Source of the DNA: a virus
DNA: 64,000 nucleotides
Virus record (IMG/VR): IMGVR_UViG_3300028394_000040
Strand: one strand, 5' to 3'
The position numbers were made by a program, and so were the translations under genes. Positions within the stretch are counted from its first letter, which is position 1, and every line of letters begins with the position of its first letter. Of the stretch, positions 26,314-36,099 are shown piece after piece. The notes under the pieces were generated by a model, which searched no databases, was not told the origin of the DNA, and saw nothing but the letters and a program-made list of their open reading frames with translations.

Positions 26314-27442
26314 CTGATGTATCGAAAATATCTCTGCTTTCTTCTTCTGTCTCTACTACTATATCAAAATCTTCAGAACCTAAGACTCCTAACCACTCTT
26401 TTGAATGTGCCTTCTTGTAGTTATTAAGTGCAGAAGGTGTATCAGGGATAAATCCGTGAATAGTCATAATTACTTTATTCAGAGTAGTTATACCCGTTAC
26501 GTGGTTCTTATCACAACTAATCTTGGTACGTTTTGCAAACTCTACGTCCTTACCGTTCTTAGTAGCTTTTATCTTATTTGTACCGCTACTAGTTACATTC
26601 CCAAAAGTAATAATTAAAGAAGCATCAAAGTACATTGTATCACCTCCTTTGTTTTTCATTTTAGGTTGTGACATTACTGTTTCTGCTTTAGCTACCCATA
26701 CCTTATTAATAGCTACAAATGTATTTGTATAAGGTTGGTTTTCTTTTCTAGATAAAACAATTTTCTGATTAACGAAGTTACCAAATTGCTGAGACATTGC
26801 TCCAGCATTCCATTCGTTATTATTCTTATTAGATTCAACTGATAACCTACAGGGAATACTACCTACGCTATCCCAGAAGAAGCATAATTCATAAGGCAAG
26901 TTTCCTTTTTTCTGCTCGTCTAAAAGATCTAATACAAAAGCAGATACATCTTCTATCGTATTTAATTTTTCTCTATCTGCATAGATAAAAAATCCATTAT
27001 AGTCAATTACAGCTCCATTCTCGTCTAAAACCTCATCAAAAAGTAATCCCATAGTCTTAGCATGTTCCCAAGACCATTTCATCTCCGTAATGATAAACAC
27101 AGGTAAAATACCCATTTTCTGAGCAGAAACTGCTCCTTCTAATAATGCAGTAGTCTTCCCGGTATCTGAATGACCTCTTAATAGGGTAATATGACCTTTC
27201 GGAATTCCTGGTATAGATAATGCTTCTTGGAAAGCTTTAGATATTGGAATCCATAATTGCTCTTTAAACTTTACGGAAGAAGAAGAGAGATTCTTTGTCT
27301 TCTTAAACCTATCTAGATTAAATGGCCCTTTTATGGCTTCCGAAACAGCAGCGTTAAGAGATTTCTTACCTTGCTTCTTTTCGTTGACTTCCGCGGACTC
27401 ACTATCCTCTCGGAATTCGCTTCCTAATATTTGATTCGACAT
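26306..27442 (-). CDS. recA: RecA/UvsX-like recombinase
   Basis: GIPKGHITLLRGHSDTGKT, WDSVGS, INKV, KNH. Confidence 0.8.
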   Translation of the reverse strand: MSNQILGSEFREDSESAEVNEKKQGKKSLNAAVSEAIKGPFNLDRFKKTKNLSSSSVKFKEQLWIPISKAFQEALSIPGIPKGHITLLRGHSDTGKTTALLEGAVSAQKMGILPVFIITEMKWSWEHAKTMGLLFDEVLDENGAVIDYNGFFIYADREKLNTIEDVSAFVLDLLDEQKKGNLPYELCFFWDSVGSIPCRLSVESNKNNNEWNAGAMSQQFGNFVNQKIVLSRKENQPYTNTFVAINKVWVAKAETVMSQPKMKNKGGDTMYFDASLIITFGNVTSSGTNKIKATKNGKDVEFAKRTKISCDKNHVTGITTLNKVIMTIHGFIPDTPSALNNYKKAHSKEWLGVLGSEDFDIVVETEEESRDIFDTSDE

Positions 27443-27458
27443 AGTTGATTTTAGTTAA

Positions 27459-28274
27459 TTAAAACGGTGCACCTTCACTGTTTGGTGCCTCACCAAATAA
27501 AGTAGCAAAATCAGCATCAATATCTGCTTTCTTTGCTTTTACATCTAAAGTGTAACTAGTCTTAGGTGCTTCTACTTCAGGTTCAGATGTAACTGTTGCT
27601 GTAGTAGTATCATCAGGATTTAACCAGCTAAGTAAAGCAGACTTCATTTCATCGTATGAATGCTTTTTAAACAAGGTTAAAGGTTCTGGTTGCTCAGTCA
27701 TCCATCTTTGAACTTCTTGAGAGTTCTCTGACAAGGCTGTTGTCTTTGTACGTACCCTGACGGTCGTCTTATTAAACGATCTACCTGATTGATCTGGGCC
27801 TACAGTGTCGATAGTTAAGTCTCTACCTGTTACTGGGTCAGTATAGTCTTGTACGTCTTCGTCTTCAGCGATAGAAAGTAATTCCATGTAGACTTCTTTA
27901 CCGAATTCCCATAACCTTACTCCTTTATCTTCTTCTCCTCTTACAACAATAGGTGCAAATACCCGCATTTTAGGGCTAAGTTTTTTAGCTAAATCGCGAC
28001 TATCTTGGTCACTGGCTTTACGTAACTCATTAGCGAATTCAACTATAGGGTCTTTTTCGCCGAAATTCTGCAAAGATATCATAGTCTTTGCGCCTACCCC
28101 GTAATGAAAAGTAATCTCTTTAAAAGGGTTAGCTTTATCGTACATAGAAGGTATCATTCTAATAGAATGTTTACCAACAGATGGCTTCCAGATAATTTTT
28201 GCTAAATCGTTCTTTGGGCCTGTTTGTCTTGTCTGCAAGGAAGACAGCTTTGATTTGATTTGTGATAAATCCAT
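27459..28274 (-). CDS. gp32-like single-stranded DNA-binding protein
   Basis: WKP..IRMIP, DPIVE, GVRLWEFGK, TDPVTGRD; acidic tail ending in PF. Confidence 0.8.
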   Translation of the reverse strand: MDLSQIKSKLSSLQTRQTGPKNDLAKIIWKPSVGKHSIRMIPSMYDKANPFKEITFHYGVGAKTMISLQNFGEKDPIVEFANELRKASDQDSRDLAKKLSPKMRVFAPIVVRGEEDKGVRLWEFGKEVYMELLSIAEDEDVQDYTDPVTGRDLTIDTVGPDQSGRSFNKTTVRVRTKTTALSENSQEVQRWMTEQPEPLTLFKKHSYDEMKSALLSWLNPDDTTTATVTSEPEVEAPKTSYTLDVKAKKADIDADFATLFGEAPNSEGAPF

Positions 28275-28305
28275 AACTAATTATTTAAATGTAAAACTAA
28301 ATATA

Positions 28306-28740
28306 CTAAGCTTTTACAGTAGCTTCTACTATACTGTGCACTTTAGTATGGATTTTTCTTAAATCCGGACCTTGTGTTAGTAGAACTGTATTTTTGAAGT
28401 CTGGCCAAACTATACGATAATTTGGATCTAAAACACCACCGTTTAATTCTTTAATCAAAAGATTAAGTGCGTTAATGGTGTACAGAGTATTAGTTTCCTT
28501 TTTACGATGCAAAAGGATTGTATTAGGTAATATCTTGAAACTGGAATTATTTGGGTCAATATTATACGTACATAAAAACTCGTCTGAATCTGGTGACTCT
28601 AAAACGAATACTTTATCGTATAATATAGTGTAATGGCTCTTTATCCCTTCTAGTATTGAATCTAAATCTTCTTTTGGGGAGAAAGTACAGAACAGTTTGT
28701 TCATAATTTCCTGTAACGTGAATTCTTTTTCTACTATCAT
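28306..28740 (-). CDS. Conserved hypothetical phage protein
   Basis: LFCTF, TYNID, HRKKETNTLYTINALN; true start may be 28704. Confidence 0.75.
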   Translation of the reverse strand: MIVEKEFTLQEIMNKLFCTFSPKEDLDSILEGIKSHYTILYDKVFVLESPDSDEFLCTYNIDPNNSSFKILPNTILLHRKKETNTLYTINALNLLIKELNGGVLDPNYRIVWPDFKNTVLLTQGPDLRKIHTKVHSIVEATVKA

Positions 28741-30056
28741 AAATAGTTTGTTTTTCTAAGAGAGTTATAATTTGAGCCGTACTTAACTTTACTAGTTAAG
28801 CCTTTTTTGTATATGATATCTTTAATCGTCGTTAAAACTTCCTTTCCGTCTTCAAAATTAAAATCAATAAGAATAGAATCATACACCACTAAAGTTATAA
28901 AACTTTTCTTGTCTTTCAAATAATCTTGTATACTCTCTAGTAAAAACAGGTTACTAATTGTTTCACAATTTTGCAAATAATAATTAAAAAGCTTCTGTGG
29001 ATACATTCCCTCTATACTTCTCAATCTTCTACCGGTAGGTAAGTCAAGGTACCCATTTAAACTATACGTCTCCCATAATTGCTCAATGAATGCGCTTATC
29101 TTTTTGAAGAATGGTATATTCTTATAGTCATCGGAGATACCCCCGTAGATCTGTTTAAAACTAAGCTCTTTTGACTGCTTGTATTGATCTTCAGTTAATT
29201 CCTCTACGTTGAAATACATCCTACCTAAAACTGTATGTATAGATTCGGATGAGTTGAAATCAAACCGGATAAGTTTACTTATTAATTTAAGGTGGTATCC
29301 TTCAAAGTCGTACTCTACAAATGCATTATTAATAGGTAAGAATGCTTCTCTACAGCCATTATCTTTATTTAATGCTAAAAAATTTACTGTATTAAATGAG
29401 TTGGTAGGTCTACCGGTAATGTTATGTAGGTTGTAATAAGAATAAAGTAATCCATCGTGGATAGAGTAGGGCTTCCATTTAGTTTCAAAGTACTTATCTA
29501 ATATTTTTTCATCTACTCTAATTCCTCTACATTCAATACTTCTGTATACTTTCTCTATTCTCTTAACTACCGAACCTGTCCCTTCTTCCTTCATGTAGGG
29601 CTTTACTTTTTCATAAAGGCATTCTGATTTTTCATATAGTTTAGAAATAGGTATTACTCTATTTAAGTCCTTCTTGTGGTAAAGCCTAGTATAAAGATCT
29701 CTTTGTATTTTCGTATCGCAATATAAATCAGGTAACTTAGATATCTCATCTATCATTATCTGGGAAAGGTCTTGTAAGTTATCTGTAGTAATATAGTATC
29801 TGGTAAGTTTACTATCTAAACAGAATACTCTGTCGTGATTATCTAAAAAAGCTTGTATTTCAAGAATAGGTAAGCTTAATGCTTCGGAATGATTTACTGG
29901 GAGAATATAGCCTTTCTGTCTGTTATGGTAGTATAAAACAGATATAGAATTAATAGCAGGATGGAAATTGTCGTTTAATGTTATAATATCTATAAAACAG
30001 TCTTCACTTGGTTTTAACTTAGCTAACTGTTCTGATGTTTCAACGATATAATACAT
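28737..30056 (-). CDS. Second, divergent family A polymerase-like protein
   Basis: TGRPTN; motif A YDFEGYH, motif B KELSFKQIYG, motif C VYDSIL; degenerate exonuclease; likely start 30056 (alternative 30107). Confidence 0.8.
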   Translation of the reverse strand: MYYIVETSEQLAKLKPSEDCFIDIITLNDNFHPAINSISVLYYHNRQKGYILPVNHSEALSLPILEIQAFLDNHDRVFCLDSKLTRYYITTDNLQDLSQIMIDEISKLPDLYCDTKIQRDLYTRLYHKKDLNRVIPISKLYEKSECLYEKVKPYMKEEGTGSVVKRIEKVYRSIECRGIRVDEKILDKYFETKWKPYSIHDGLLYSYYNLHNITGRPTNSFNTVNFLALNKDNGCREAFLPINNAFVEYDFEGYHLKLISKLIRFDFNSSESIHTVLGRMYFNVEELTEDQYKQSKELSFKQIYGGISDDYKNIPFFKKISAFIEQLWETYSLNGYLDLPTGRRLRSIEGMYPQKLFNYYLQNCETISNLFLLESIQDYLKDKKSFITLVVYDSILIDFNFEDGKEVLTTIKDIIYKKGLTSKVKYGSNYNSLRKTNYL

Positions 30057-30057
30057 G

Positions 30058-30124
30058 AACCTTAATTTAGTAAGAATATAACCGATTAATTTAAAACCTT
30101 TGAACATAAACCTTAATTTAGTAA
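30058..30124. repeat. 16-bp direct repeat, each copy just upstream of an in-frame ATG
   Basis: aaccttaatttagtaa at 30058-30073 and 30109-30124. Confidence 0.85.
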
Positions 30125-30136
30125 AAGTAACTTTAA

Positions 30137-30787
30137 CTATCTAGGTTTAGCAAATTTAGTATAGTTACCTCCTATGAACTCTTCTAAACCTCTAAACTTA
30201 ATGGACTTAGACGCTACTAATCGTTTATTTGTATCAATTATTCCAGATACCCTAACACCATTAGTCTGTACGTAATCATTTAATGGTCCTGATATTTGCC
30301 AGAAGAGATCTATAGCTATGTTAGCTATGTAGTCATATTCGCTACTTACGTCTTGTAAAGATAAAAATGTTTCTTTATTCACTTCAACTATTCCCCCTTC
30401 TAAATTTCGTTTTTTGCAAAAATACCTCATAATAAAGCCTTTACTGTAGTCTTTTAAAGTAGGGTTAGGATAATAAGGTATTGGCTGTTTAAACTCACCT
30501 AAATCAACTGGGTTAATTTTTCTACTAGCTAGATAGTCTGCTGATTCGTTAAAAGCGGTTATATCTGAGTTAATAAACGTATTCCCGGCACTTGAGTCTG
30601 TTCCTGTGTTTAAAATTTTAATCGGTACTAATAGCTTGTTTGAACCGACAACAGGGTTATAGCCTGCAAGGGCTTTATTATCAAAAGTTTTGTAGTAAGG
30701 TCCCGTATACGGTACTCCGTCTACTGTAAACTCAGTACCATTAGTTTTATAACCAGTAACGATTCTACTAGATGGGTAGTATTTCAT
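30137..30787 (-). CDS. Hypothetical protein, probably virion/baseplate associated
   Basis: 216 aa; directly downstream of the hub gene. Confidence 0.6.
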   Translation of the reverse strand: MKYYPSSRIVTGYKTNGTEFTVDGVPYTGPYYKTFDNKALAGYNPVVGSNKLLVPIKILNTGTDSSAGNTFINSDITAFNESADYLASRKINPVDLGEFKQPIPYYPNPTLKDYSKGFIMRYFCKKRNLEGGIVEVNKETFLSLQDVSSEYDYIANIAIDLFWQISGPLNDYVQTNGVRVSGIIDTNKRLVASKSIKFRGLEEFIGGNYTKFAKPR

Positions 30788-30788
30788 T

Positions 30789-33700
30789 TTAACTGTATTG
30801 AATTTTAGTGTTCATTACTTGACTTGCTACATTACCTCCGTCTAATTGAAAGAAAGGTAAATAATCTACAGGGTCTAGAAGTTTACCTGTTTTAAAATCA
30901 CCTTCCCATAATTCAAAATGTAAATGGTATCCTTTAGAGGCTCCTTCGTTTCCTATATAAGCTATATGTTGGGCTTTAGTAACTTTCTCATTAACGTTTA
31001 CTTCAATACTCTTTAAAGGCATATGTCCGTATACCGAAGTATAGTTAATACTGTTTACTACATGATTTATAAAGATTGCGTACCCAAAACCCGAAACAGC
31101 TCCTGCTCTAGTAACAGTTCCGTCTCCTATAGCAAAAATCATATCCCCTGTAGTTCCATTTCCCCCTAGTATATTACTTAATGTTGTATTTACATTTCCT
31201 AAATTAGGGCCTATAATATCTATACCTTCGTGTGCTGACCTAAAATTAACAGGAGTTCTATACTGTTTAGTTTGAGCCCGGTAAATAAAACTGCTGAAAA
31301 AGTAAGGTTTTGATACAGGTATAGTAAAATTAAAAGAAGATACAGCATTAGGAGGAGGTTGGGGAGCTCCTGAGCCCCCAGCCGGTCTAGGTGTTCTACC
31401 TCCTTTACGTCTAAAACTAGAAGATACTCGTCCGGTCTGTAACGGAATATTTATCATCATTGAACGTACAGCTGTGACCCATTCTTGATTTTCTATAGTA
31501 TGAGAGAGCCCATATACAGTAAATCCTATTCTAGTTTTATTACCTTCTTTATATTGGGCAGGTAATCTGTCTAATGGTAATATAAATGCTTGATATAACT
31601 TTATACCGCTTAATCCATCTAATGTAAAATTAGCTGCTAGAGGAAGTATACCTCTTGCTGTAACATCGTTTGCCTCTACTACATTATTTCCATTCTTATT
31701 TACTAGTTCAGTTTTTAAACTGTTCAATGTTTCAGGATAATACTGAATACAGGTTTCTATGTCACCAACGTTAAATCCAGTTAATGCATAAATATTTCTA
31801 ATATGATTATTAAATAAATTAGCTGAATCCGTTAAACCGTCAATGTTCTCTGAATTAGTAGATTCTAAACTACCTGATGCTTCAGTTACAATTGATTCTC
31901 TTACCGGCATTAACCTATCCCTTAGTCTACTGTTTAACGCAGTAAACGCTGATCCATCTTCGTTACCGGCAACAGGACGTCTTTCCCCAGCCATAGCTGT
32001 AATAGCTAGTAAACTACCTATTCGAGTACTAGTTTCTGTCTTTAAAGAGAAATTTCTCATTATAGAAGAAAGTCCGAAAATCGGTAGAGTAGGTAGGTTA
32101 TTGGCTGCAGGACCAGAATCAGAGTCTACTAATTGGTCGTCGTAAATCCTTATTACGTTAGAAACATCATTATACCCTATCGTAAAGTTATTTATACTTC
32201 CTAAAGCTTTGCTAATTTGACCAAGTAGCTCTTTTAGAAAAGAACCTAAATAGACGTTAGAAGTTTTAGTATCTCTTAAACTTTCAGCTATTTCTAAAAC
32301 CTTATCTACATTAACTAATATATTCATTAGCTTACCTCTAGTACCTGATTTTACTTTAGAATCCTGGTATTCAGCAAGCCCTTGATTATTATAGACGTTA
32401 TTAGTTAAATCATTTGTAGCTTGGGTAAACTTGTTCTGGATTGTAGCAGGGTTAACATTCCTAGAGGTAAATAACATATTAAAGTCCTCGTCGGTACAGC
32501 CTAGATCTACTAAACAAACTCTAGGATCTATAGAAAACTGCTGAGGCATTCTAAAACAAAAGTTAGTCTCAGGATTAAAATCTATATAAATTATAGGTCT
32601 TACGTTATTTTTTTGTTTATCGTAAAATACACAAGAATTATTTATGTAGGCTAGTAGTAATCCGAGTGGTATGTAAACAAAATCTAATTTTTGATTTTGG
32701 CCTGTAACAAAGTTTACTTTAGTGTATGTAGCAAGGGTTGAGAAATCTACAGAAGGAGCATCGGTTTTATCTTCCATATACTCTACGTTGAATCCTCTTT
32801 TGAATCCTTCTACTAAGTCTGACTGTGTCGCAGTAGAATTAGATTGTCTAAGTAGATTCAAACCAAATTTAAAAGTATACTCCATATACTTACGAAAATC
32901 AGCCTGAGATTTATTTTGTAAAGCTATATTTTTAGTAAAAGATAAAAAGGTCTCTAAAGAAGAACTTACTTTCTTTGTTGCTACTGTAGAAATAGCAGGA
33001 CTATTTGCTCCTGGAGCTGCGGCAGGTACTATGTCAGGTATAGTTTCAGTTCCGTTGATTTTTAAAGATTCAATAATACTACCAATACCAGTAAGGCTTA
33101 AAGTAATATCATAACCTCCATCTACTGTTTGTTCCCAAGAAAAGTTAGTTACTAATCCTAACATTCCATCGTAATTACCGTAACTCCTTTTTCTCTTTTT
33201 TGCTAGTTCAGATAAGATAATCTCTTTAGTATAAGAAGTAGATTTATTAAATATATCGATAGGGCTTTCACTTATCTGTGTGTTACCTTTATTATCTACA
33301 TAAGTTCCATGACCCCATTCTAAAAGTACTGAAAAACCTAATCTCATATAAAGCACATCTAAATAAGATAATTGCTCTAAAGTCCATGCTTTTGCCTTTA
33401 CTGTAGCTATTTGAATAGATCCACCTGTTCCTGCAGCTTCTATAGTTGCTGAGGTAAGTCCGGGCATAGGTCTAACTCCTAGTTCTAATAATCCTCCTAC
33501 TCCGTACCCTTCCATACCTAATGGTTTTTGACCTACTCCATTAGTATTATGCAGTCCGTTAAATAAACACCATTTTTTAGCTATGTCTGTCCCTGTACCT
33601 CCTAAAGTAGCTGCTAATGCCGAATCTGTTACTTCAACAAATGAGGTAAGCTTTAAATAAGCATTCTTTCTACTTCTGAATACAGCACTGTTATCCTCCC

Positions 33701-33797
33701 TAAATCCATTTTGAGTATTTAAATTAGCTCTTGCGGATATTTGATCAATAACATTACTATCTAAAGGAGAACCTACTAAATTAGTGTTTGTAGACAT
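30789..33797 (-). CDS. Baseplate hub-like protein with C-terminal M23 peptidase
   Basis: RPMPGL, LLEWGH, GNYDGMLG hub-like motifs; HEGID, YGHM, HLHFE M23 Zn motifs. Confidence 0.75.
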   Translation of the reverse strand: MSTNTNLVGSPLDSNVIDQISARANLNTQNGFREDNSAVFRSRKNAYLKLTSFVEVTDSALAATLGGTGTDIAKKWCLFNGLHNTNGVGQKPLGMEGYGVGGLLELGVRPMPGLTSATIEAAGTGGSIQIATVKAKAWTLEQLSYLDVLYMRLGFSVLLEWGHGTYVDNKGNTQISESPIDIFNKSTSYTKEIILSELAKKRKRSYGNYDGMLGLVTNFSWEQTVDGGYDITLSLTGIGSIIESLKINGTETIPDIVPAAAPGANSPAISTVATKKVSSSLETFLSFTKNIALQNKSQADFRKYMEYTFKFGLNLLRQSNSTATQSDLVEGFKRGFNVEYMEDKTDAPSVDFSTLATYTKVNFVTGQNQKLDFVYIPLGLLLAYINNSCVFYDKQKNNVRPIIYIDFNPETNFCFRMPQQFSIDPRVCLVDLGCTDEDFNMLFTSRNVNPATIQNKFTQATNDLTNNVYNNQGLAEYQDSKVKSGTRGKLMNILVNVDKVLEIAESLRDTKTSNVYLGSFLKELLGQISKALGSINNFTIGYNDVSNVIRIYDDQLVDSDSGPAANNLPTLPIFGLSSIMRNFSLKTETSTRIGSLLAITAMAGERRPVAGNEDGSAFTALNSRLRDRLMPVRESIVTEASGSLESTNSENIDGLTDSANLFNNHIRNIYALTGFNVGDIETCIQYYPETLNSLKTELVNKNGNNVVEANDVTARGILPLAANFTLDGLSGIKLYQAFILPLDRLPAQYKEGNKTRIGFTVYGLSHTIENQEWVTAVRSMMINIPLQTGRVSSSFRRKGGRTPRPAGGSGAPQPPPNAVSSFNFTIPVSKPYFFSSFIYRAQTKQYRTPVNFRSAHEGIDIIGPNLGNVNTTLSNILGGNGTTGDMIFAIGDGTVTRAGAVSGFGYAIFINHVVNSINYTSVYGHMPLKSIEVNVNEKVTKAQHIAYIGNEGASKGYHLHFELWEGDFKTGKLLDPVDYLPFFQLDGGNVASQVMNTKIQYS

Positions 33798-33798
33798 A

Positions 33799-34104
33799 CT
33801 ATCTAGACTTGTTTAAAGCTTCAAAAGCAGAAAGTATTTCTGCAGTATTAATTGGAATTCTTAATTGCATACCAACTGGAGGGAATAGACTACTACCGTC
33901 TAATTCATTAGCAGAAGCTATTATCCACCATAACGAAGGGTCTTGGTAAAAGTCAGTTGCAATTAAATCTAATCTATCAGCTATTCCTACTATAATATAT
34001 GCATCTTGTTCTGATGCAGGGACTGTTGGATATACTGCGTTTACATAATACCTTTTACCCAAGCTACCTGAAGTTATTTTTAAGTTACTGTATATAGTCG
34101 CCAT
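33799..34104 (-). CDS. LysM/gp53-like baseplate protein
   Basis: DRLDLIA..FYQDPSLWWIIASAN..QLRIP. Confidence 0.8.
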   Translation of the reverse strand: MATIYSNLKITSGSLGKRYYVNAVYPTVPASEQDAYIIVGIADRLDLIATDFYQDPSLWWIIASANELDGSSLFPPVGMQLRIPINTAEILSAFEALNKSR

Positions 34105-34106
34105 GA

Positions 34107-36098
34107 TTAAATTCCAAATATATTAGATGATGCACTACCGGAAGAACTTGTATTAGGTGTTATAAAAGGAGCAAAGTTATAATTTTGTCCGTTTAACCAG
34201 AAAGATCTCCTAGGTAAGAAATTATGAATAGGTATAAATGTCATATCTATATCTAATACTTGCGGTAACTGATACATATCGTCATCTGCTCCTCCTGCTC
34301 CTGTTTTATCTAATACTATTTCCCAAGGATAATCGTCATTTACAGAAATATTTAAAGACTTAATTAATCCCGGTTGGTCATAAAGATAATCCCCAACAGT
34401 CATTTTAACTAATGGAGCTCTCATAAATCCATTACCGGCACCTGATGTTAATTCACTATATGCAGGATATACTTGAGATACTAAATAATTTAGCTTTCTA
34501 TACAACGGTCTCATTTCAACTCTAGATTGAGCTGCTATTTTAAAACTTAAAGATATCTGTCTGTCTACACCTTGATATGTATAGAAGTTTTCTGCCCTAC
34601 CAACATACTTATGTGAAGAATAATCTGCATTATGGTTATCTCTAAAGTTTGTTATAAAAGCTCTAAAAGCTAAAACTGTAGAGTGAAAATTAGTACCATC
34701 TGGTTGAGTTCTAGGCTGTACCTCTACAGCTGTAATTAAGAAGTTAATTAAATCTTTAGGTTCTTGTGGTAACTCTAAAGGATTAACTCCTACATCAAGC
34801 ATATTATAAGTATCTACACCTTGATCGTTACCTGCTTTACCCACTAGGTTATAGCTAGATCTTTTTATACTTTTTCTACCAGGATTACCTATTCCTTTAT
34901 TTAAATCTATATAGTGATCTATAGAACTACTAGGTACATTAGAACCTGTAGGTAACTCTGATCTAAAATCAGATCTTATAGCTCCTTTAAAAGTAGTATC
35001 CTTAGCAATTATTTGCTTATAGTTTAACGTATAACTAAACGGAGAGGATGTTCCATCGTATTGAACGTTATCAACAGTATCTTCGTATCTCTTTATTAAT
35101 TCTTGTGTAGAGCCTTTTTTAGTAGTGCTGTTAGGAGTATTATATTTGTACATCTCTTGACCAGTCTTTACTGAGCCAGATACAAAAATATCTTGTACAA
35201 ATTTAACTAACCTATCGTCTTTACTTAAAAGAGGTTTTCTTACGAACTGTGATGCAGCAAGAGGAATATTATTTACTAGAGTACCACCTATAGGCAAAAG
35301 TCCAGTAGAATTGGTTAATCTACGAATGTAAGTATAGCCGTTTCCTGCTATAGAATTAGGACCTCCTATGTATTGAAATAATAGATTAGGATTTCTAGAT
35401 AAACCTAAAGCATTAATAGTTTCTAATTTAACATTACTTTGCTGTAATTGAGTACCTGCTAAAGGTACATTACCTGTATTGTTAATTTTTAACTCATAAA
35501 GAATTCTAAGCCTATTACCGGTCTTATCATTCTCTACATTTTGCATACTTACAACATACTGATATGTAGATTGGAAAGGGTTTACAGGAACTGTTCCGTG
35601 TCTATCGAAATGAGCTCCAGAACCCATTGCCCCTACTTGCTTTAATAAGTTAGTTCCGTTATTAAAGATTCTAGTATTTTCTAAATTACTTAGGTTTCCT
35701 CTAGCTACTAAAGTCTCTAGGAAGTTACCTGCATTATTTGCTGCATTTACGTTTAATTGAGTACCTACTTCAGTTTTAGGATTAGCTAATTGTAATAGTT
35801 CTTGTTTTTGTATAAATGCTAATCCTCTAGGACCGCTTTTTAAAAATCTCTCTATTCTCTTTCTATCTTCTTCAGCTGTTAACGGTACTATTAATCCATT
35901 ATATAAAGTACTACCGCCTCGAACAGGAAAATCTATACTAGTTCTTATTAGCTCATACTTAGTTTTTTGAGCAGATGTTGCATTTTGCGGTAAAGGTGAT
36001 TGAATAAATGGTTGACCGCTAGAGCCATACGCAGGTCTATCCTGACCGTATTTCAGGCTAGTTAAATCTGTTTGAAGGGTTAATAATTGAGATGGCAT
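34107..36098 (-). CDS. Tail tube initiator/baseplate protein (gp48/gp54-like C-terminus)
   Basis: FRAFI, YVGRAENFYTYQGVDRQISLSFKI, PWEI; follows the tape measure gene. Confidence 0.6.
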   Translation of the reverse strand: MPSQLLTLQTDLTSLKYGQDRPAYGSSGQPFIQSPLPQNATSAQKTKYELIRTSIDFPVRGGSTLYNGLIVPLTAEEDRKRIERFLKSGPRGLAFIQKQELLQLANPKTEVGTQLNVNAANNAGNFLETLVARGNLSNLENTRIFNNGTNLLKQVGAMGSGAHFDRHGTVPVNPFQSTYQYVVSMQNVENDKTGNRLRILYELKINNTGNVPLAGTQLQQSNVKLETINALGLSRNPNLLFQYIGGPNSIAGNGYTYIRRLTNSTGLLPIGGTLVNNIPLAASQFVRKPLLSKDDRLVKFVQDIFVSGSVKTGQEMYKYNTPNSTTKKGSTQELIKRYEDTVDNVQYDGTSSPFSYTLNYKQIIAKDTTFKGAIRSDFRSELPTGSNVPSSSIDHYIDLNKGIGNPGRKSIKRSSYNLVGKAGNDQGVDTYNMLDVGVNPLELPQEPKDLINFLITAVEVQPRTQPDGTNFHSTVLAFRAFITNFRDNHNADYSSHKYVGRAENFYTYQGVDRQISLSFKIAAQSRVEMRPLYRKLNYLVSQVYPAYSELTSGAGNGFMRAPLVKMTVGDYLYDQPGLIKSLNISVNDDYPWEIVLDKTGAGGADDDMYQLPQVLDIDMTFIPIHNFLPRRSFWLNGQNYNFAPFITPNTSSSGSASSNIFGI

Positions 36099-36099
36099 A

